64,000 bases of DNA from positions 1,984,001-2,048,000 of the forward strand of contig OY969811.1 of the NCBI GenBank assembly GCA_963703315.1, given 5' to 3'. Source of the DNA: an uncultured cyanobacterium (GTDB lineage: Bacteria > Cyanobacteriota > Cyanobacteriia > Pseudanabaenales > Pseudanabaenaceae). The notes under the pieces were generated by a model. It had not been told where the DNA came from, made no database searches, and saw nothing but the letters and a program-made list of their open reading frames with translations. The position numbers and the translations under genes are program-made. Positions within the stretch are counted from its first letter, which is position 1, and every line of letters starts with the position of its first letter. Positions 1-8,083 of this stretch are shown here, piece by piece.

Positions 1-1
1 T

Positions 2-190
2 TTATTTGCTTGCATTCTCTTTCATACTTTTTTGAATGTAGGAAGACCTTTGTTTCCAAGGGATAGAATACATAATCCATTGGTTGATTATCCAGAAGTT
101 CACTATTCAATAATGGCAATTACTGCTGTTATTGTTGTCTTTCTATGGGGATCAAATACATTAGCTCGATACAGGTATTCTCTCCGATAA
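2..190 (+). CDS. 3' end of a CPBP/CAAX (Abi) family intramembrane metalloprotease (5'-partial)
   Basis: Manual translation LFACILFHTFLNVGRPLFP...AITAVIVVFLWGSNTLARYRYSLR* aligns with the C-terminus of the 3408..4226 protein (VFAIILFHTMINISPYLFP...AITAIAITWLWGTETLGKYRF). Confidence 0.7.
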   Translation, partial: LFACILFHTFLNVGRPLFPRDRIHNPLVDYPEVHYSIMAITAVIVVFLWGSNTLARYRYSLR

Positions 191-230
191 AATTTGAATT
201 TAGTTATATTTTGTATCATAATTAATTAAT

Positions 231-273
231 TCAATCAACTTATTCATGAAGTCATGCGATCGCCTGTCACAAT
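231..273 (+). promoter_or_regulatory. Island promoter motif, copy upstream of the 343/507 unit
   Basis: TCAATCAACTTATTCATGAAGTCATGCGATCGCCTGTCACAAT; near-identical to 4725..4767 and 7005..7047; ends in an extended -10-like TG-T-CACAAT. Confidence 0.7.
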
Positions 274-342
274 CAAAATTTTACATAGGAAAATCTATAA
301 TATTTAGAAAGTTAATTCAGACAATATTCTAGAGTTTGCTAT

Positions 343-510
343 ATGGAAAGTGAAACCAAATTAACACTAATTAAAATTATTCAAACGACAATTTGGATAT
401 TCTTTGATTTTGTGATTTTCTATATGCTTTATGCAGCGATCACAAGTAAATTTGATATCTGGCTCTGGAATTATTTCGGATTACTATATTTTAAAATCAC
501 AAAAACATGA
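343..510 (+). CDS. Small hydrophobic protein (55 aa), possibly a truncated membrane-protein gene
   Basis: Manual ORF MESETKLTLIKIIQTTIWIFFDFVIFYMLYAAITSKFDIWLWNYFGLLYFKITKT*; its stop overlaps the next start (ATGA); lies directly after the promoter motif. Confidence 0.45.
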   Translation: MESETKLTLIKIIQTTIWIFFDFVIFYMLYAAITSKFDIWLWNYFGLLYFKITKT

Positions 511-1148
511 ATAAAACAGTACATAAAGTTGGGTTTTGGTCAGGACTTACTGCATTTATTTCAACACTTGCATTTACTGTTGTTCAGATGCTACAGCTTT
601 TTGGTGTTCTCAATTATCCATTGGATGAAATTTTAATTTATGGATTCTCTCTTTGCATAGTAATACCTTTCTTGCTAGAAATGCTTGCCCTTCACTATGT
701 AGCTCCAACCGAAAAAAAGTTTTGGAGTCATGCAGCTCTTATTTTTACAGTCTTGTATGTGGCATTCGTTACGGCTAATTATGTCGTTCAACTAGCAACG
801 GTAATTCCGATGACACTGCAAGGAACTTCAGACGAGATTCTGATTCTAAAACAAACTCCGCACTCTCTCTTTTGGGACTTTGATGCGATCGGATATATAT
901 TTATGGGATTCGCAACCTTATTTGCTGTTCCTATATTTGAGAAGCAGGGATTTCAAAGGTGGGTTAGATACTCTTTCTTGGTTCATAGTCTGGTTACACC
1001 TTTGATTGTATTTGTCTACTTCTATCCAAACTTTTCGGAGAAGCTACTTCTTATTGGAATTCCTTGGGGAATTACAGCGCCTTTGTCAATGTTGCTACTT
1101 GCCGTAATGTTCAAGAAAGATTCTGAAGTAAGCACTCAAACAATATGA
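507..1148 (+). CDS. Multi-pass membrane protein, function unknown
   Basis: 213-aa ORF with ~6 hydrophobic segments; ATGA overlap with the next ORF. Confidence 0.75.
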   Translation: MNKTVHKVGFWSGLTAFISTLAFTVVQMLQLFGVLNYPLDEILIYGFSLCIVIPFLLEMLALHYVAPTEKKFWSHAALIFTVLYVAFVTANYVVQLATVIPMTLQGTSDEILILKQTPHSLFWDFDAIGYIFMGFATLFAVPIFEKQGFQRWVRYSFLVHSLVTPLIVFVYFYPNFSEKLLLIGIPWGITAPLSMLLLAVMFKKDSEVSTQTI

Positions 1149-2044
1149 AAACTTCAAATCTGGTTATCTGGCTGTCATCTCTAATTGTCGTATTAGCATT
1201 AATCGCCGCTAGTCTCGGCTTGTTCTGGCAAGATGGGGGCAATTCGTTCTCTTTTACCACGCTCCGAGGAGACACTGTATCGATCGCTGGAAGAGGCTTT
1301 TACAAATACGATACGACGCTAATGGCGATGGGTTTTAAAGCAGGTGATGCGGTAACGCTGATTTTGGGTATCCCCGCGCTGATCTTCTCTCTTTTACGCT
1401 ATCAGCGTGAATCTGTGCGAGGTGGTTTGTTGTTGGCGGGTACGCTAAATTATTTTCTTTACAACTATGGCTCAATGGCGTTTGGCGCAGCTTACAACCA
1501 TCTATTTCTCATCTATGTCGCACTGATGTCGGTCAGTTTGTTTGCGCTAATCCAGACGTTAATGTCCTTTGATTTGGCGATATTACCTGTCCACTTTTCT
1601 GCTCACCTGCCGCGCCGCAATATTGGAATTTACTTGATTCTGTCTGGAGTGGCGCTGCTGTTAATCTGGCTAATTTTAAGCATTATCCCCGCACTAATCG
1701 AGGGCAAAGCACCGATGGAAGTGTGGAGCTATACCACCGTAATTACCTATGCGATCGATATGGGTATTGTTGCACCTGCGCTAATTGTCACTGGGATAAT
1801 GTTACTACGCCGCAACCCTCTGGGATACTTGCTTACAGCCACGCTGCTAGTGTTTACAGTGATTCTCGGAACCAATCTGCTGACTGCTGGTACGTTCCAA
1901 GTGTTAGCAGGCTTAATCGACATTCGACAGTTTATCGGATTCGTGGCTTCCTTCGCGATCCTGACACTGTATGCAATCTGGTTTACATTGGCATTTTTCC
2001 GTAACCTTTCAGAGCGAATCTCTCCACAAACTGCTCATCTTTAA
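1145..2044 (+). CDS. Multi-pass membrane protein, function unknown
   Basis: 299-aa ORF with ~8 TM segments; translationally coupled to the previous ORF. Confidence 0.75.
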   Translation: MKTSNLVIWLSSLIVVLALIAASLGLFWQDGGNSFSFTTLRGDTVSIAGRGFYKYDTTLMAMGFKAGDAVTLILGIPALIFSLLRYQRESVRGGLLLAGTLNYFLYNYGSMAFGAAYNHLFLIYVALMSVSLFALIQTLMSFDLAILPVHFSAHLPRRNIGIYLILSGVALLLIWLILSIIPALIEGKAPMEVWSYTTVITYAIDMGIVAPALIVTGIMLLRRNPLGYLLTATLLVFTVILGTNLLTAGTFQVLAGLIDIRQFIGFVASFAILTLYAIWFTLAFFRNLSERISPQTAHL

Positions 2045-2076
2045 AGAACTTTAGAATCTAATTGAGGCAACACTCC

Positions 2077-2565
2077 ATGAAAAAAGTACCTTTCTTCAAG
2101 CACCGTTTATTTCTATTAGGAGTATCTTTATCGCTATATATGATGGGACTAATTCTCCCAGCACTTGCTTTTGAGATCGTCAATTTCAAGACAATACACT
2201 CAGGAATCATCATTGATATGAAGGGAATAGAAGTGACAGCTTGGGGAGTACTCGGATTATTATTTCTGCAAATACCCGCGATCGGCTGGTTAGCAAATCC
2301 ACTTTATTGGCTTTCCTGTGTATTTTTTGTAAAGAAGAAATATCAGTTCTCTATAGCTTTTACTATTACCGCAATTATTGTTGGATTTCTAGGAACAATA
2401 TCCGCATATTGGTTTGCTTTGCCAAATGGCAGTAGTCCTGATAGTCAAATTCTATTAACTAAATTATTACTTGGTTTTTGGTTGTGGCTTGCTGCTCCTA
2501 CATTTCTGATGATTGTTGATTTTGTCTATTTACAATATAGGAGCCAAACCAATGCCCATGAATAA
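2077..2565 (+). CDS. Hypothetical membrane protein
   Basis: ORF 2062..2565, ATG at 2077 preferred; 4 hydrophobic segments, WLANP motif. Confidence 0.65.
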   Translation: MKKVPFFKHRLFLLGVSLSLYMMGLILPALAFEIVNFKTIHSGIIIDMKGIEVTAWGVLGLLFLQIPAIGWLANPLYWLSCVFFVKKKYQFSIAFTITAIIVGFLGTISAYWFALPNGSSPDSQILLTKLLLGFWLWLAAPTFLMIVDFVYLQYRSQTNAHE

Positions 2566-3175
2566 AAAATGGAGAATCATAAAACTAAATTTATATAAAC
2601 TGCCAATTTTGTTGGTAGCAATTATTTTCTCTGTACTTAATTTTGAAGATAAGGCGATCGCGCAAGAGGCTGATGTGCCGAAACCTAATGGTAACGGAGA
2701 CTTTAGCAGCATATTTCTACAAGGAAACCGTGGCTTTTATGCTGTTCAAAAGTGGTTAATTATTCAGTCTGTAGAATCAGAAGCGAATGGAGGTACTGTA
2801 AATTGTCGATACACCCCGAATGGAGAGATAAGATCGCGCATTCAGAGAGGTGCTATTCTTACGGCTGTTTTTAACAAAACTGCGATGGGTCGAGTCCCCA
2901 ATCCCCATACCTCAGCTGATGATGCGATCGTTTTAGACAGTAGTGGCTCCCCTTGGTTGCGGGTAATCGGCACAAGAGAGGAGTTAGCTTATCCCGTCAG
3001 ACCTCTGACTTTTTATGACTTAGGAGAATGCTATGTGAGGGCTAATTTAAAATATATTGCTCCCATTAATCCTGATGCAATCAATTTTTACGATCAAAAA
3101 ACATCTTTTTCTTACTGTGCTGTTAAGCCTTTGTATTGCTTACCTATTATCGCTCAATGGCTATCACTAAGATAG
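2558..3175 (+). CDS. Hypothetical exported protein
   Basis: ORF 2513..3175; signal-peptide-like N-terminus ending AIA-Q; start uncertain. Confidence 0.6.
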   Translation: MNKKWRIIKLNLYKLPILLVAIIFSVLNFEDKAIAQEADVPKPNGNGDFSSIFLQGNRGFYAVQKWLIIQSVESEANGGTVNCRYTPNGEIRSRIQRGAILTAVFNKTAMGRVPNPHTSADDAIVLDSSGSPWLRVIGTREELAYPVRPLTFYDLGECYVRANLKYIAPINPDAINFYDQKTSFSYCAVKPLYCLPIIAQWLSLR

Positions 3176-3177
3176 TT

Positions 3178-3299
3178 ATACAGCGCTTTGCGCTTACTCA
3201 AAACCCAGAGAATTTTTTGAAAGGAGCGCGGAGCGCTCCTTTCAAAAAATTCTCTGTACTGAATAAAGACTCAATAGGCTGTATTCAGTACAGAGAATT
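3178..3299. mobile_element. TA-flanked MITE-like element (ATACAGC...GCTGTAT) with an internal 51-bp palindrome (loop CGGAG) and a second overlapping inverted repeat
   Basis: Palindrome 3206..3256 CAGAGAATTTTTTGAAAGGAGCG-CGGAG-CGCTCCTTTCAAAAAATTCTCTG; related sequences at ~6869, ~33800 and 41857. Confidence 0.65.
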
Positions 3300-3407
3300 A
3301 ACGGCACTGCTTTAGTCTGCCTAGATTTGGGAGTCTTGATAAGCAAGGGATATAGTATCTCATATTTAATATTTCACATTTAATGGATAAGAAAAAGGAT
3401 AAAAATA

Positions 3408-4226
3408 ATGGATGACAGCATATTCAAAAAACACTCACCTATCAAATTCTTTTTGTTGGTTTTGTTACTGTCAATTCCATTCTGGATATTGGCTACTATG
3501 ACTAGAGATTTAACTGAAGTACTTCCGATAAAGCTGCCAATAAGCGCATTAATGACTTTCTGTCCTTTATTAGCAGCAGCAATTCTTGTTTATAAAGAAC
3601 AGAAGATTCATGGTGTTAAAGAACTCTTAAAACTATCTTTTGACTTTCAAAAAATCAAAGACAAAAAATGGTACATACCTATTGTTCTTCTCATGCCCAC
3701 CATAGCAGCACTTTCTTATCTATACTTGAAGATGACAGGAACCATACTACCCGAACCTCCAATCCCTTTTATATCTGTTATCATTTTTTTCTTTGTGTAT
3801 TTTATAGGTGCGATCGGCGAAGAAGTGGGTTGGAGTGGTTATGTTACCGAGCCTTTGCAAAACCAGTATGGGGCTTTTAAAGCAAGTATCATCATCGGTT
3901 TTATTTGGGCAATATGGCATATTATTCCCTATAGCCAAGCCCATCAAACGCCAATATGGATATTTTGGCAATGTATCGGTATGGTCTTTTTGCGGACAAT
4001 TATGGTTTGGATTTTTAACAATACTCATAAAAGTGTTTTTGCAATAATTCTCTTTCATACCATGATTAATATAAGTCCGTATCTATTCCCAAGTAATGGT
4101 TCTCACTATGACCCATTTATTTTTGCCGTTTTATTAGCGATTACGGCGATCGCCATAACTTGGCTATGGGGAACGGAAACTCTGGGTAAATATCGTTTTT
4201 TAGTCCCAATCAGCATCGAAAGGTGA
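3408..4226 (+). CDS. CPBP family (CAAX/Abi) intramembrane glutamic metalloprotease
   Basis: GEEVGWSG, IWAIWH and ILFHTMIN motifs; multi-TM. Confidence 0.85.
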   Translation: MDDSIFKKHSPIKFFLLVLLLSIPFWILATMTRDLTEVLPIKLPISALMTFCPLLAAAILVYKEQKIHGVKELLKLSFDFQKIKDKKWYIPIVLLMPTIAALSYLYLKMTGTILPEPPIPFISVIIFFFVYFIGAIGEEVGWSGYVTEPLQNQYGAFKASIIIGFIWAIWHIIPYSQAHQTPIWIFWQCIGMVFLRTIMVWIFNNTHKSVFAIILFHTMINISPYLFPSNGSHYDPFIFAVLLAITAIAITWLWGTETLGKYRFLVPISIER

Positions 4227-4229
4227 GGT

Positions 4230-4610
4230 ATGACCAACTCTAAGCGTATAGGAGAACTGCTGGGACCAACCCTGATGGTAATGGTTGCTTCGGAGTTTCC
4301 GCTTATTCAACCGCATCTCTACGACGAACAGATACCACCAGTCGTCTACCTCTCTGGAGTTCTCATGTTCATTGCAGGTTTAGCAATTGTGCGATCGCAT
4401 AACCTATGGCAACGTGACTGGACTCTGTTGATTACACTCTGTGGCTGGTTCTTGCTAGCTCTCGGACTGTTCCGAATGTTCGCTGCTAGTTTCTACCGAC
4501 TTGCCTCTGGCAACACAAATTCACTCTTCTTGATGATTGTCGAAGGTATTCTATTTGCAATTGGTTCTTTGATAACGTGGAAGGCATATGCGCGTGACGC
4601 AAAATCATAA
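4230..4610 (+). CDS. Small 4-TM membrane protein
   Basis: 126-aa hydrophobic ORF; GAGG RBS. Confidence 0.7.
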   Translation: MTNSKRIGELLGPTLMVMVASEFPLIQPHLYDEQIPPVVYLSGVLMFIAGLAIVRSHNLWQRDWTLLITLCGWFLLALGLFRMFAASFYRLASGNTNSLFLMIVEGILFAIGSLITWKAYARDAKS

Positions 4611-4724
4611 GGAAGTATTGCAATCCTTTTTGATCGCCTATAGTTTAATAGAATAAATTAACAGAACAAATTGACGAGTTATTTAATTTCAGTGATATTT
4701 ATTCAGTTACATTTTGTCGCGTAA

Positions 4725-4767
4725 TCAATCAATTCATTCACGAAATCAAGCGATCGCCTGTCACAAT
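4725..4767 (+). promoter_or_regulatory. Island promoter motif copy
   Basis: TCAATCAATTCATTCACGAAATCAAGCGATCGCCTGTCACAAT. Confidence 0.7.
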
Positions 4768-4844
4768 CATACATGGAAGAACTACAAGCAAGTTAATCCA
4801 GTCGATATTCCTAAAATCTACAGTAACCAATATAGGTAAGCGTC

Positions 4845-5288
4845 ATGTGGATTGAATGGATTGCAATTATTAGCAGTTTAATCATAGTTAGCTTTGGAAT
4901 CGCTGTCATTTATGCTAGCGATCGCTGGCGGTCTGAGACTGATAAATTACGAGTCAAAATGACAAATGGACAACAACCGATTCAGCCTAAAAACTATGAT
5001 CCAAAAGAGATTGTAGACTTACCAGAGCCTGTACAAAGATATTTTAGGGCTGTACTTCAGGATGGACAGGCGCTCATCTCAAAAGTTGAACTCTCTCAGA
5101 CAGGACAGTTTCACATGAATGAAACAGAGCATAAATGGCATAAGTTTACCGCTACGCAACTTGTGATTACACAAAGGCTAGGCTTTGACTGGGATGCAAA
5201 AATCCAGATATTTCCCTTCATAAATGTATTTGTCCATGATACATATCTGCTTAGTTCCTCGACCCATCGCGACACCCAAAGAACATGA
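4845..5288 (+). pseudogene. C-terminally truncated paralog of the 7067..8005 (DUF6920/DUF6544-like) gene
   Basis: High similarity to 7067..8005 from DRWxSETDKLRVK to VFVHDTYLL, then abrupt divergence at ~5253 and a stop after 11 unrelated codons. Confidence 0.75.
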
Positions 5289-5328
5289 ATCGACTTGATC
5301 AATAGATTGAAAAAGTAAGGAGATCGAA

Positions 5329-6669
5329 ATGCAAAGATTGTTAACTAAAAGTCCAGTCGCAGTGGCTGCTTTCTGGATCACTGTTTATCTGGCGATCGCT
5401 CTGCTACCTCTTTTTGTCTTACTTCTATACCCTCCTGCTTCGGCTGGACGGGGTGGGTGGACGGAGTTTTCAGTTTCTCTCGGATTTGTGGGATTGGCAA
5501 TGTTAGCGCTTCAGTTTGCCATCACCGCCCGACTCCATCAAATTGAGGCATCCTACGGAGTTGATATCATCCTGCAATTCCATCGCTATATCTCTCTAGT
5601 GGCTTTCGCCCTGATCCTGATTCATCCCCTAATTCTCTTTATTAATCAACCCGAAACGTTAGAGTTACTGAATATATTCAAAGCTCCGTGGCGAGCCAAA
5701 TTCGCCGTGACTGGCACTCTGGCACTGATAGTACTGGTTATCACCTCAATTTGGCGGCAGCGCCTCAGCATTCCCTATGAGCTATGGCGTGAAAGTCACA
5801 GCATTCTAGCTGTGGTGGCAGTGACCTTGGGTTTAGCCCATGGACTGGGAGTCAGCTATTATCTGGGACTGTTCTGGAAACAGCTGTTGTGGAGTGTGAT
5901 CGCCCTAAGCGCTTTATGGTTGCTGATTTACGTCCGCATCGTCAAACCTTGGATAATGACCAAACACCCCTACTTCGTAGAAGAGGTCATTCCTCAAAGA
6001 GGAAATGTGTGGACTTTAGCTATTCGTCCGAGAGGACACAAGGGATTTCGATTTCAACCTGGACAATTTGCTTGGATCACCCTCGAAATTTCGCCCTTTC
6101 GGATGCGCGAACATCCCTTTTCCATGTCTTCGAGTGGCGACCACCCTGAACGATTGGAATTTAGCATCAAAGCTCTAGGAGACTTTACCCAAACTATTAA
6201 GGATATTAAGTCAGGGACTAAGGCTTATCTTGATGGTCCTTACGGCGTGTTTACGAGCGATCGCTACTGGGATGCTGCTGGATTTGTACTCATTGCAGGT
6301 GGGATAGGCATCACCCCAATGATGAGTATGCTGGTTACTGCCATTGAGCGGAGAGATGATCGACCGTACTTACTCATTTATGCCAACAAAAGCTGGGAAG
6401 ATATGACTTTCCGCGAGGAATTAGATGGTCTCATTGACTCGATAGATCTCATGATCATTTATGTGTTGCGTCAGCCTTCCGAAGACTGGACAGGTGAAAC
6501 TGGCTATGTCGATAAAGACCTGTTACAAAAATACATTCCCATCCATCGCGGTAGCCGACAATATTTTATCTGTGCCGCTCCAGTTATGATGGAGCAAGTT
6601 GAAGAAGCGCTTCTTGATTTAGAGGTGCCTGCAACCAATATCCAAATGGAACACTTCAATCTAGTTTAG
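5329..6669 (+). CDS. Ferric-reductase-like transmembrane domain plus FAD/NAD(P)-binding oxidoreductase
   Basis: Heme-type His motifs (FHRY..IHP, ESH..AHG), PGQF, EHPFS, DGPYG, AGGIGITP and C-terminal EHF; AGGAG RBS. Confidence 0.9.
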   Translation: MQRLLTKSPVAVAAFWITVYLAIALLPLFVLLLYPPASAGRGGWTEFSVSLGFVGLAMLALQFAITARLHQIEASYGVDIILQFHRYISLVAFALILIHPLILFINQPETLELLNIFKAPWRAKFAVTGTLALIVLVITSIWRQRLSIPYELWRESHSILAVVAVTLGLAHGLGVSYYLGLFWKQLLWSVIALSALWLLIYVRIVKPWIMTKHPYFVEEVIPQRGNVWTLAIRPRGHKGFRFQPGQFAWITLEISPFRMREHPFSMSSSGDHPERLEFSIKALGDFTQTIKDIKSGTKAYLDGPYGVFTSDRYWDAAGFVLIAGGIGITPMMSMLVTAIERRDDRPYLLIYANKSWEDMTFREELDGLIDSIDLMIIYVLRQPSEDWTGETGYVDKDLLQKYIPIHRGSRQYFICAAPVMMEQVEEALLDLEVPATNIQMEHFNLV

Positions 6670-6689
6670 TTCTTAACTATGGAAGACTT

Positions 6690-6830
6690 ATGCGATACGT
6701 CATTATGATTCAAATCGTTAGTATTATGGCTTTGATTTTACTTGGATCTGCCGCAATGTTTGCGTGGTTGCAAAATCGATCTTTCCAAGAACCTCCAGAG
6801 TTAGAAAAGACTTCTTTATTAAGTAATTGA
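6690..6830 (+). CDS. Small single-TM protein (46 aa)
   Basis: Manual ORF MRYVIMIQIVSIMALILLGSAAMFAWLQNRSFQEPPELEKTSLLSN*, 20 nt after the reductase stop. Confidence 0.45.
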   Translation: MRYVIMIQIVSIMALILLGSAAMFAWLQNRSFQEPPELEKTSLLSN

Positions 6831-7004
6831 TTTCACCTATCAAATATATAACTGTCTACGAAGTTGAATACAGAGCTTTACGCTGACTTAAAATCCAGAA
6901 AGATTTTTGAGTGTCAATAATTGTTTGCTTTTGCGATCGCTTAGAACTCACGACTCATAGTAATAGCGATCGCCATAACTTAGCTATTACATTTTGTAGT
7001 GTAT

Positions 7005-7047
7005 TCAATCAACTCATGCACGAAGTCAAGCGATCGCCTGTCATAGT
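7005..7047 (+). promoter_or_regulatory. Island promoter motif copy
   Basis: TCAATCAACTCATGCACGAAGTCAAGCGATCGCCTGTCATAGT. Confidence 0.7.
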
Positions 7048-7066
7048 TAAAACTTTACATAAGAGA

Positions 7067-8005
7067 ATGATATTCATCCAAACATGGCGATTTATAGTAT
7101 TGATATTAGCTGTATTTGGCTTAGGTTTATCTATGAACTATTTGCTGAAGTTACCGCCAATTGCCATGATCAGCATTCTGATCGTAGCCATATTAGTAAT
7201 TATCGTCATTTATGCTCGCGATCGCTGGCAGTCTGAGACTGACAAATTACGAGTAAAATTGACAAACGGACAACAACCAATTCAACCTAAAACCTATGAT
7301 GCTCAAGAGATTGTAGATTTACCAGAGCCTGTACAGCGATATTTTAAGGCTGTGCTTCAGGATGGACAGGCGATCGCTACCGAGGTAGAACTCTCTCAGC
7401 ATGGACAGTTTCACATGAATGAAACCGAGACTAAATGGCATAAGTTTACTGCTACGCAACTTGTAGTTACCCAAAGGCTAGGTTTTGATTGGGATGCCAA
7501 AATTGAGATGATTCCCTTTGTAAATGTATTTGTCCATGATACCTATCTTCTAGGAGAAGGAACTCTACAAGCTTCCATACTTAGTCTTTTCACGGTTGCC
7601 AAAATGCACAATACGCCCGAATTAAATCAGGGTGAATTATTACGATTCCTTGCGGAAACGGTTTGGTATCCGACAGCATTGTTACCTAGTCAGGGTGTGG
7701 TCTGGGAAGCGATCGATCAGCATTCTAGCCGCGCCACTTTGACCGATGGCAAAACCACTGCCTCGGTTGTGTTTCAGTTTGATGCTGAAGGATTAATTAC
7801 CAGTATGCGTGCCGATGCTCGTTGTTATCGCGTAGTTGGTGATAAATCGATGTTTATGCCTTGGGTCGGTAATTTTCGAGAATATGCAATTTGTAATGGA
7901 ATGCGAATTCCCTTAGAAGGTGAAGTGGGTTGGGAACATCCAGAAGGGCTTCGACTTTATTTTAAAGGAAAGATTACAGAGATTAGTTATAAGTTCGCAT
8001 TGTAA
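7067..8005 (+). CDS. Membrane-anchored DUF6920/DUF6544-like protein with a chimeric DUF1772-like N-terminus
   Basis: LPEPVQRYF, GELLRFLAETVWYPTALLP and GMRIPLEGEVGW motifs; ATG 7067 is in frame with ORF 6911..8005 and lies downstream of the promoter motif. Confidence 0.75.
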   Translation: MIFIQTWRFIVLILAVFGLGLSMNYLLKLPPIAMISILIVAILVIIVIYARDRWQSETDKLRVKLTNGQQPIQPKTYDAQEIVDLPEPVQRYFKAVLQDGQAIATEVELSQHGQFHMNETETKWHKFTATQLVVTQRLGFDWDAKIEMIPFVNVFVHDTYLLGEGTLQASILSLFTVAKMHNTPELNQGELLRFLAETVWYPTALLPSQGVVWEAIDQHSSRATLTDGKTTASVVFQFDAEGLITSMRADARCYRVVGDKSMFMPWVGNFREYAICNGMRIPLEGEVGWEHPEGLRLYFKGKITEISYKFAL

Positions 8006-8083
8006 GTACACTTTACCCAATGGGATTAGTCCTGATCATCAACTTCATATCCAATTCACAATATCAGTAATAGTAATAATAAT

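Noticed and set aside
231..7047. Repeated element plus short co-oriented genes as an integron cassette array or CRISPR
   Set aside because: No attC-like palindromic structure, integrase or regular repeat-spacer period; the repeat matches the promoter motif.
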